Positions 27,781-35,676 of a stretch of 42,739 nucleotides of DNA are shown in pieces. A model generated the notes under the pieces. That model made no database searches. It saw only the letters and a program-made list of their open reading frames with translations, and was not told the DNA's origin. The translations under genes were made by a program, and so were the position numbers. The stretch's first letter is position 1, and each line of letters opens with the position of its first letter. Location: the sequence record SRR31156797_3965; one strand, written 5' to 3'.

Positions 27781-29813
27781 TGGAAGCATTCAAACAAAAA
27801 TTTGTCGAAGAAGCCACGGAACAAATCAATGAGCTGGAACAGGCACTGGTTCAATTAGATCAGAACCAGGAAGACATGGCTACCATTGAATCAATCTTTC
27901 GGGTAATGCACTCTCTTAAGGGAGGAAGTGCCATGTTTGGATTCGAAAAAATAGACAAATTCACACATATTCTCGAAAATATTTACGATAGAATTCGAAA
28001 TAATGAACTTAAAGTATCAAAACAAATACTCGACCTTACATTTGAAGCAGTAGACCACTTGCGTAACTTGCTTGAGGAAACCAACGATAATGAAATGTTG
28101 CTCGAGGTTACCAATAAAAAGTTCATTGATAGAATTCAGGATGCCCTTGACGAAAAACAAGTTCCAGAGCATACGTCAATACAAGGTGAACCAGTTGAAG
28201 GCAAAACCAAAACATACTTCATCAGATTTGTTCCAAACGAAGATATAATGCAAAATGGAACAAATCCCATGTTCTTATTGGAAGACTTAGCTGAATTAGG
28301 TACCATCCTTATTAGTCCTGTTTTAAATAAAATTCCTGAATTTGATAAGCTGGACCCAACAAAAACTTACACAAGCTGGAACATTATTCTAAGCACCAAT
28401 GCAGGTATAAATTCTATTATTGACGTATTTATTTTCGTTGATGATGAAGCAAAAATTGAAACCCACAAAATATCTGACTTTAACCTATTGGCTGACAAAG
28501 CCATAAAAAATATTCTAAAAGATACATTATCTCAAAAACCCGACATCAAACCTACTGAGATACAAGAACTCATTATTGATCTTGAAGGAGTTTATCAAGA
28601 AAAAGAGAAAAAAGAATCGGGCACAGATATTCGCAAAAAAGCTGATCATAGCATTTCGAGTATTAGAGTAAGTTCAGACAAGTTAGATAATTTAATTAAC
28701 TGGGTAAGTGAACTTGTAACCATTCAGGCACAATTAACTTTATATGCCAAAGAGAATAGCTACGAAGGATTGAATCCTATTGCTGAAGAAATTGAAAAAA
28801 TATCGCGAAGGCTTAGAGATGATGTATTTAGCATTAGATTAATTCCTATTGCAAATATGGTAACTCGTTTCCAAAGATTAGTAAGAGAATTATCTAATGA
28901 CCTTGGAAAAGAAGTTGATTTTATAACTAAAGGAACTGAAACTGAATTGGATAAAAACATCATCGAAATGTTAGTAGATCCAGTGATGCATATTATCCGA
29001 AACAGTTTAGATCATGGTATAGAAACGCAAGAAGAACGTATCAAAAATGGAAAGTCGCCCAAAGGCGCTATCACCATGAATGCCTTTTATTCTGGAACAT
29101 TCGTTTACATTCAAATTATTGATGACGGAAAAGGCCTTGATGCGGAGGCTATTCGCCAAAAAGCAATTGAAAAGAACATCATAAGTTCAGATACTGAATT
29201 AACTGAAAATGAGATATACGATCTTGTATTTACATCAGGATTTAGCACAGCAAAAGCTGTTACAAATCTATCGGGTCGTGGTGTGGGTATGGATGTAGTA
29301 AAGCAAAAAATAGCTGAACTTAGAGGTGAAGTTGAAATCTCAAGTAAACTAGGAGTTGGAACTACTGTAACAATCAAACTGCCACTTACGCTATCAATTA
29401 TTGATGGATTACTCGTAAGAATTGAACGAACAAAATTCGTAATTCCACTTTCTGCAGTTCAAAAAATATATGAATTCACGCATAAAGAAATTGAAGATAC
29501 CATCAACAATCTATTTCTTGCAGATGAAGAAAGATATCCATTTATCTACTTAAGAGATGCGCTTAAAATTGAAGGGAAACCACCTGAAATTGAACGCATT
29601 GTAAATGTAGAATTCCAGGACTCTTACATGGGATTAACAGTAGATGAAATTATAGGTGAATACCAGGCTGTTTTAAAACCATTGGGTAACATGTTTAAAG
29701 ATGTCGACATTATATCTGGAGCAACCATACTTGGAGATGGTACAGTAGCATTGGTAATAGATCCAAACAGGTTAATAAACGAATTTACAAATAAAGAAAT
29801 TATTGGAGGATAA
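27780..29813 (+). CDS. cheA: Chemotaxis histidine kinase CheA
   Basis: Hpt FRVMHSLKGG; P2-like region; SIRVSSDKLDNLINWVSELV; HIIRNSLDHG; DDGKG; GFSTA; SGRGVGMDVV; LPLTLSII; CheW-like P5 (GATILGDG). Confidence 0.97.
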   Translation: MEAFKQKFVEEATEQINELEQALVQLDQNQEDMATIESIFRVMHSLKGGSAMFGFEKIDKFTHILENIYDRIRNNELKVSKQILDLTFEAVDHLRNLLEETNDNEMLLEVTNKKFIDRIQDALDEKQVPEHTSIQGEPVEGKTKTYFIRFVPNEDIMQNGTNPMFLLEDLAELGTILISPVLNKIPEFDKLDPTKTYTSWNIILSTNAGINSIIDVFIFVDDEAKIETHKISDFNLLADKAIKNILKDTLSQKPDIKPTEIQELIIDLEGVYQEKEKKESGTDIRKKADHSISSIRVSSDKLDNLINWVSELVTIQAQLTLYAKENSYEGLNPIAEEIEKISRRLRDDVFSIRLIPIANMVTRFQRLVRELSNDLGKEVDFITKGTETELDKNIIEMLVDPVMHIIRNSLDHGIETQEERIKNGKSPKGAITMNAFYSGTFVYIQIIDDGKGLDAEAIRQKAIEKNIISSDTELTENEIYDLVFTSGFSTAKAVTNLSGRGVGMDVVKQKIAELRGEVEISSKLGVGTTVTIKLPLTLSIIDGLLVRIERTKFVIPLSAVQKIYEFTHKEIEDTINNLFLADEERYPFIYLRDALKIEGKPPEIERIVNVEFQDSYMGLTVDEIIGEYQAVLKPLGNMFKDVDIISGATILGDGTVALVIDPNRLINEFTNKEIIGG

Positions 29814-29816
29814 CTT

Positions 29817-30347
29817 ATGGACGATAAACAAATAAATCAAGCTAATACAATGGAAACATTTCTCTCATTTAAATTGGGTAAAGAAGTATTTGCTGCTTCA
29901 GCAAATAACGTAGTCAATATTCTTGAGTTAAAACCCATTACAAAGGTACCACATGCTCCTGAATACATGAGCGGTGTAATCAATTTAAGAGGACAAGTAC
30001 TCCCTGTTATTGATATGCGAATTAAATTTGGCATGTCTCCCATTGAGCCAACAGTTGACACCTGTATAATTGTACTCAACCTAAACATTGATAATGAAGA
30101 GGTTAAACTTGGTATTTTGGTAGATGCCGTAAGTGAAGTACTAGAGCTGGAAGACAATCAAATTGAGCCTTCACCGACAATTGGAACAAAATATAAAGCT
30201 GAATTTATTAAAGGTATGTTTAAAAAAGATGAAAGCTTTATCATGTTGCTGAATATTGACCTTATATTCTCAAAGGACGAAATAGTTTTAGTTGAAGAAA
30301 CAAAGACAAAAGCAGATGTAGCCCCTGAGGAAGAAGAAGAGAAATAA
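29817..30347 (+). CDS. cheW: Chemotaxis coupling protein CheW
   Basis: ITKVPHAPEYMSGVINLRGQVLPVID, GILVDAVSEV. Confidence 0.96.
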   Translation: MDDKQINQANTMETFLSFKLGKEVFAASANNVVNILELKPITKVPHAPEYMSGVINLRGQVLPVIDMRIKFGMSPIEPTVDTCIIVLNLNIDNEEVKLGILVDAVSEVLELEDNQIEPSPTIGTKYKAEFIKGMFKKDESFIMLLNIDLIFSKDEIVLVEETKTKADVAPEEEEEK

Positions 30348-30441
30348 CAAATAGACCTGACCATACTGCTTCAACGAACCTATGATCATCAATTAATTCA
30401 TGATTAAATGTTTTTTGAAGCAGTTTTATTCTAAAGCAAAC

Positions 30442-31704
30442 ATGAAAAATAAACTAGTATTTGCATTAATTACCTTATTAGTTTTACAAATAACCATTAA
30501 AGCACAAGATAATAACAAATGGACCAATAAGCTCTATGGATTTATAAGAGCTGATGCATTTTATGATACCCGAAAAAGTGTTGAAGCAGTAGACGGCATG
30601 TTTCTGTTATATCCTGAGAATGCATTTTATGATTCAACCGGACAAGATATAAATAACATAAGCAGGTTAACTATGACAAGTATCTCAAGTAGATTAGGTC
30701 TAAATATCACAGGTAAAGAATTTCTCAATAAAAAAGCACAATTAAATGCTAAAGTTGAGGCTGATTTTACTGCCAGATCAAACTCAAACTCATTGAGATT
30801 AAGGCATGCATATGTTAGTGTAAATTTTGAAAAACATAAGTTCCTAATGGGTAGAACCTGGCATCCTATGTTTACACCAATGGCTTTTCCATTAACATTA
30901 AGTATAAATGTTGGAACCCCTTTCAATCCATTTAATCGAAGTCCACAGCTCAGATATACCTATACACCAAACGAAAAAATATCAGTTATTGCTGCGGCTC
31001 TCTATCAGAATGATTATAAAAATCTTGGCCCAGGCGACAATGGAGAAATATCAAAACAACTTGATTTAATGCGCAATAGCAAAGTTCCAAACATGCATTT
31101 GCAAGGTATATGGAAATTACAAAAACTAACATTTGGAATTTTTGGTGACTATAAAAAACTTCAGCCCAGAACCTACACAACAGGTGATGCGGGAATATTT
31201 AAAACATCAGAAACAATAGATAGCTATTCTGCCGGAATATTTACAAATTTCACATTCAATAAACTAAAAATTAAGGCTAAAAGCATTTATGGACAAAACC
31301 TTACTGACCAATTATTAACAGGTGGTTATGGCATTAAATCCCTTAATAATGAGACAGGTTACGAAACCTATACTACCTCCAATCATCTTTTTAATTGGAT
31401 AAATATAGAATATGGAAAACAATTGATGGGAGGCTTACTTTTAGGCTACAGTAAAAATTATGGGTTTAATCATAATCTTATAAATGACGCTCCTATATAT
31501 GCAAGAGGGGCCGATATTGATTATATTTATAGAGCATCAACCTATATTAAATGGTCAAAAAGTAGATTTGAACTATGGGCAGAAACTGAAGTGACTACTG
31601 CCGCCTATGGTGAAATTAGATACGATAGTAAAGGAAAGATTAGTAATACGAAGGAATTTACAAACATACGTTTTCAATTTTCATGTGTTTACCTTATTCT
31701 TTAA
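30442..31704 (+). CDS. Outer-membrane porin, DcaP-like beta-barrel
   Basis: Signal peptide from ATG 30442; YGFIRAD, SRLGL, VEADF, RLRHAY, GRTW and RSPQLRY motifs; aromatic-containing terminal beta-strand. Confidence 0.75.
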   Translation: MKNKLVFALITLLVLQITIKAQDNNKWTNKLYGFIRADAFYDTRKSVEAVDGMFLLYPENAFYDSTGQDINNISRLTMTSISSRLGLNITGKEFLNKKAQLNAKVEADFTARSNSNSLRLRHAYVSVNFEKHKFLMGRTWHPMFTPMAFPLTLSINVGTPFNPFNRSPQLRYTYTPNEKISVIAAALYQNDYKNLGPGDNGEISKQLDLMRNSKVPNMHLQGIWKLQKLTFGIFGDYKKLQPRTYTTGDAGIFKTSETIDSYSAGIFTNFTFNKLKIKAKSIYGQNLTDQLLTGGYGIKSLNNETGYETYTTSNHLFNWINIEYGKQLMGGLLLGYSKNYGFNHNLINDAPIYARGADIDYIYRASTYIKWSKSRFELWAETEVTTAAYGEIRYDSKGKISNTKEFTNIRFQFSCVYLIL

Positions 31705-31707
31705 AAA

Positions 31708-32553
31708 ATGGATAAACCTCTAGCATTTAATAATATAGAGCTCAAGCAGTCAGAATTTGACAAGCTTAGTAATTATATTTTTTCCAATTATGGAATTAAG
31801 ATGCCTCCTGCTAAAAAGATAATGCTTCAAAGTAGGTTACAGAAGCGATTACGTCACTTGAATATTAGCAATTTTCAAGACTATATAGAGTTCGTATTTA
31901 GCAAAGAAGGTGATCAGGAAATTATCCATATGATGGATGTTGTTTCCACCAACAAAACAGACTTTTTCCGAGAACCTACACATTTCGAATTCATGAATGA
32001 AGTTATTCTACCTGAAATTTATGAAAGAAACCAACGTGACGTTAAAATATGGAGTGCAGGAAGTTCAAGCGGTGAAGAAGCCTATACTATTGCTATGGTT
32101 ATAGAAGAATACATTGCTAAGCATGGTCATGTGAGTTATCAGATTTTAGGTGCTGATATTTCAACTGATGTATTACAAAAAGCTGTGAATGGAGTCTATA
32201 AATTTGAAAAAATAATCACCATTCCTGATTCATTAAAGAAAAAATACTTGCTTAAAAGCAAGGACCCCCAAAAAAAACTTGTTAGAGTAAAACCTAACTT
32301 AAGAACAAAGGTGAAATTCTTCCGTTTAAATTTAATGGATAACGTTTATAATGCTCCAAAAGATTTTGATATCATATTTTGTAGAAATACATTAATATAT
32401 TTTGAAAGAGAGACCCAGGAACAAGTAATAAACAAATTATGTAATCATCTTAAACCAGGAGGCTATTTTATTTTAGGTCATTCAGAATCGATTACGAATA
32501 TGGAAGTTCCTTTAGACAATGTGAAACCAACAATATTTAGAAAAACCTTTTAA
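31708..32553 (+). CDS. cheR: Chemotaxis protein-glutamate methyltransferase CheR
   Basis: TNKTDFFRE, IWSAG.SSGEEAY, ADIS, DIIFCRN.LIYF, GGYFILGHSES. Confidence 0.96.
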   Translation: MDKPLAFNNIELKQSEFDKLSNYIFSNYGIKMPPAKKIMLQSRLQKRLRHLNISNFQDYIEFVFSKEGDQEIIHMMDVVSTNKTDFFREPTHFEFMNEVILPEIYERNQRDVKIWSAGSSSGEEAYTIAMVIEEYIAKHGHVSYQILGADISTDVLQKAVNGVYKFEKIITIPDSLKKKYLLKSKDPQKKLVRVKPNLRTKVKFFRLNLMDNVYNAPKDFDIIFCRNTLIYFERETQEQVINKLCNHLKPGGYFILGHSESITNMEVPLDNVKPTIFRKTF

Positions 32554-32562
32554 CGAAACCAG

Positions 32563-32949
32563 ATGCTAACTAATGTACTAATTATTGACGACGATATTTT
32601 CCTTAGAGAATTAATCAAAGACATTCTCATTGATTACCCTGTTAATGTATTCGAAGCCGGAAATGGAGATCAAGGTTTAGATATATTAAAGCAAGAACCC
32701 ATTCATTTAGTAATTACTGATATTATTATGCCTGAAAAAGAGGGATTAGAAAGTATTATTGAAATTATTCAGAAGTATCCGGGCATTAAAATATTAGCTA
32801 TTAGCGGAGGAGGTTCAAGCGGTAGCCAGCAATATCTAGACATGGCAAGTAATTTAGGTGCCCATGCTACGCTTTCCAAACCTTTTGATAAAGAAGACCT
32901 ACTCGAAAAGCTAAATGAATTAGTAGACAACAGATTTACGCTAAACTGA
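32563..32949 (+). CDS. Stand-alone response regulator receiver protein
   Basis: VLIIDDD, ITDIIMPEKEG, AISGG, LSKPF. Confidence 0.92.
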   Translation: MLTNVLIIDDDIFLRELIKDILIDYPVNVFEAGNGDQGLDILKQEPIHLVITDIIMPEKEGLESIIEIIQKYPGIKILAISGGGSSGSQQYLDMASNLGAHATLSKPFDKEDLLEKLNELVDNRFTLN

Positions 32950-32988
32950 TTAATAATAAGTTATTAGTCAAACTTAAATGCTGCAATT

Positions 32989-33900
32989 ATGAACAAAAAA
33001 ATAACTGACGAAGAATTGTTGACCGAATTAAAAATTCGTTTTGAGCAAAATAAAAAAGCACTTTCTGAGCTTCAACAAAAATCAGAGCAGCTAAGAAAAG
33101 TAAATGAAAAACTTAAGGAAAGTGAGGCATTAAAAAGCCACTTCCTTTCTAATGTAACCAATGAAATCGTCAACCCATTTGCTTCAATACTTGGTCTTAG
33201 CCAAAGTATAACAAACCTGACAATTACCGAATATGAAAAAATAAAACCCCTAGCACAACTTATTCATGCAGAGGCATTTAATCTTGACTTTCAATTAAAA
33301 AATATCTTTGCTGCAGCAAAAATTGAAGCCGGACTCGCACAACCAGAACTTACAAATGTGAATATTAAATCACTTATTGAAAGCATTATTGAAAGCTATA
33401 GATATAAAGTCCAACAAAAAGAGCTAAAGATTAAATTCAACTATCAATGTCAAGGCAAAACAAAAGATGTCAATGAATTCCCTACTGATTCTGAGAAGCT
33501 AAAATTAATGATGTCCAATCTATTAAATAACAGTATTAAATACAGCAATGCTGCTCAAAAAATTGAAATATGCTCTGAGATTACAGATGATGATGAATTA
33601 AAAATTAAGGTTAAAGATTATGGTGTAGGAATCAAAATCGAAGATCAGAAAAAAATGTTTGATCGATTTGAAAAAGGAGAAAGCACCATACACTCTCTAA
33701 ACGAAGGATATGGATTAGGATTATCTGTCACTAAAGCATATGTTGAATCGCTTGAAGGAAAAATTACAATAGAAAGTGAACCACAAAAAGGAGCGCTTTT
33801 TACAATTTATATACCCAGACCAGACGGAACAAATTATTTAGAAGGTTTTTCAGACGACGGAAATGAAATATTCTTCGGAGATTCTGATGAAGAATTTTAA
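32989..33900 (+). CDS. Histidine kinase-like ATPase (HisKA + HATPase) lacking the canonical phospho-His
   Basis: H-box reads FLSNVTNEIVNP; N-box NLLNNSIKYS, G1 DYGVGI, F-box FDRF and G2 GYGLGLS are intact; no sensor domain. Confidence 0.88.
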   Translation: MNKKITDEELLTELKIRFEQNKKALSELQQKSEQLRKVNEKLKESEALKSHFLSNVTNEIVNPFASILGLSQSITNLTITEYEKIKPLAQLIHAEAFNLDFQLKNIFAAAKIEAGLAQPELTNVNIKSLIESIIESYRYKVQQKELKIKFNYQCQGKTKDVNEFPTDSEKLKLMMSNLLNNSIKYSNAAQKIEICSEITDDDELKIKVKDYGVGIKIEDQKKMFDRFEKGESTIHSLNEGYGLGLSVTKAYVESLEGKITIESEPQKGALFTIYIPRPDGTNYLEGFSDDGNEIFFGDSDEEF

Positions 33901-33902
33901 AC

Positions 33903-34376
33903 ATGGATAAAGAAATACCAATATACTATCTCTATCCTGCAAATCTATATGCACCTAAGGAACCTTACCTGATCAATACTTTATTAGGTTCATGTATTGC
34001 CATTTGCATGTATGACCCCATTACACAGATTGGAGGAATGAATCATTATATGCTTCCGCTATGGAATGGCGAAGGATTAGCATCGCCAAAATATGGTAAT
34101 ATCGCCATTGAGAAGTTACTGGAAAATGTGATCAAGAATGGAGCTAAAAAGTCTACAATAGTTGCGAAAGTATTCGGAGGAGGAGAAGTTATTGAATCAC
34201 AACATCACTATTTCAATATTGGACAACGTAATATTGAATTAGCCCATAAAATGTTAAAAGAATTAAACATCCCGATTAAAGGTGAAAGTATTGGAGGAAA
34301 ATTAGGACGAAAAATACAATTCGATACCTTTTCAGGGAGTGTGAAAATGAAATATATCAATAAGCAACAAACGTAA
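33903..34376 (+). CDS. cheD: Chemoreceptor glutamine deamidase CheD
   Basis: [39 protein letters not shown]. Confidence 0.95.
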   Translation: MDKEIPIYYLYPANLYAPKEPYLINTLLGSCIAICMYDPITQIGGMNHYMLPLWNGEGLASPKYGNIAIEKLLENVIKNGAKKSTIVAKVFGGGEVIESQHHYFNIGQRNIELAHKMLKELNIPIKGESIGGKLGRKIQFDTFSGSVKMKYINKQQT

Positions 34377-34419
34377 AAATTTTATTATATTTAGTTTAAC
34401 ATTCAATACTGCATTTTTT

Positions 34420-35511
34420 ATGAAAAAACCAATACGCGTGCTTGTTGTAGATGACTCAGCAGTAGTTAGACAAACTTTAGCAGAAATATTAAATGCTGAT
34501 AAACAAATTGAAGTAATAGCAACAGCATCAGACCCTTATTATGCTGCAAAAAAAATACAGAAAGAGGTACCTGATGTCATTACACTCGATGTAGAAATGC
34601 CGCGAATGGATGGGCTTACATTTTTACGAAAAATAATGACTCAACATCCTATTCCAGTTGTTATTATTTCCTCACTAACAGCAAAGGGAACAGAAACTGC
34701 CATCAAAGCCCTTGAATATGGTGCCGTTGAAATCATCACAAAACCAAACATGAGCACCAAACAATTCTTTGAGGAATCAAGTATGCGTATTACTGATGCA
34801 GTAAAAGCAGCTGCCAGAGCAAAAGTTATCAGGAAAAAAGTCAGGAAAATAAAACCCGTACCTGCTGCAATGCAAAAAGTAGCACCTAAATTATCTGCTG
34901 ATGCTGTTATTCAGCAAAGTAGAAACAGAGCTATGGTTGAAACAACCGATATGGTTGTAGCGGTTGGGGCCTCCACTGGAGGAACTGAAGCCTTAAGGGA
35001 ATTCCTCATGGCCCTCCCCCCTGATAGTCCGGGAATTGTAATTGTACAGCATATGCCTGAGCATTTTACCCGTTCATTTGCAGAACGATTAAATGAATTA
35101 TGTCAAATTTCAGTCAAAGAAGCAGCAGAAAATGATACAATCATTCGTGGTAGAGCACTTATTGCTCCCGGAAATCACCATTTACTTGTAAAACGATCCG
35201 GTGCAAGATATTATGTTTCAATAAACAATGGTCCATTAGTTAACAGACATCGCCCTAGTGTTGATGTAATATTTAGGTCAACATCTCAATATGTTGGAAA
35301 AAATGCCATAGGAATACTGATGACAGGTATGGGTGATGATGGAGCTCAGGGTCTTCTGGAAATGAAAGAATCAGGAGCAATTACAATTGCCCAGGATGAA
35401 AAATCATGTGTAGTTTTTGGGATGCCTAAAGAAGCAATTGAAAGAGGAGCAGCCCAACATATATTGCCGCTCAATCAAATAGCTGGTTTCGTAAACAAAC
35501 ACAAAAGATAA
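34420..35511 (+). CDS. cheB: Chemotaxis response regulator protein-glutamate methylesterase CheB
   Basis: Receiver (VVDDS, TLDVEMP) plus GASTGG, QHMP, HRPSVD, TGMGDDG, VVFGMP. Confidence 0.97.
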   Translation: MKKPIRVLVVDDSAVVRQTLAEILNADKQIEVIATASDPYYAAKKIQKEVPDVITLDVEMPRMDGLTFLRKIMTQHPIPVVIISSLTAKGTETAIKALEYGAVEIITKPNMSTKQFFEESSMRITDAVKAAARAKVIRKKVRKIKPVPAAMQKVAPKLSADAVIQQSRNRAMVETTDMVVAVGASTGGTEALREFLMALPPDSPGIVIVQHMPEHFTRSFAERLNELCQISVKEAAENDTIIRGRALIAPGNHHLLVKRSGARYYVSINNGPLVNRHRPSVDVIFRSTSQYVGKNAIGILMTGMGDDGAQGLLEMKESGAITIAQDEKSCVVFGMPKEAIERGAAQHILPLNQIAGFVNKHKR

Positions 35512-35676
35512 TCACAAGAGATACTGATTCTTTCTCACCAACTATACAGGTCATTCAAAACTTTGAAATGATTGACAATTCTTTCACAAATCTTTTCCAA
35601 TGAGTTGCTGTAAATAACTCAAAAAATAATATATTTGATAATTGATAAACAACCATGTTCGCGAAAATGTAATCTC

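Noticed and set aside
30348-30441. Possible MCP pseudogene remnant between cheW and the porin
   Set aside because: Only about 94 nt long, with no MCP-like translation recognisable
32047-32085. CheR motif reads SAGSSSGEE instead of the common SAGCSTGEE, suggesting an inactive enzyme
   Set aside because: The other SAM-binding and catalytic motifs are intact, so this single substitution is insufficient to call it inactive
35550-35576. Weak AT-rich hairpin between cheB and the GAF/PAS gene
   Set aside because: The stem is imperfect and has no clear U-tract, so it cannot be called a terminator. Co-transcription of the last gene with the che operon remains unproven.
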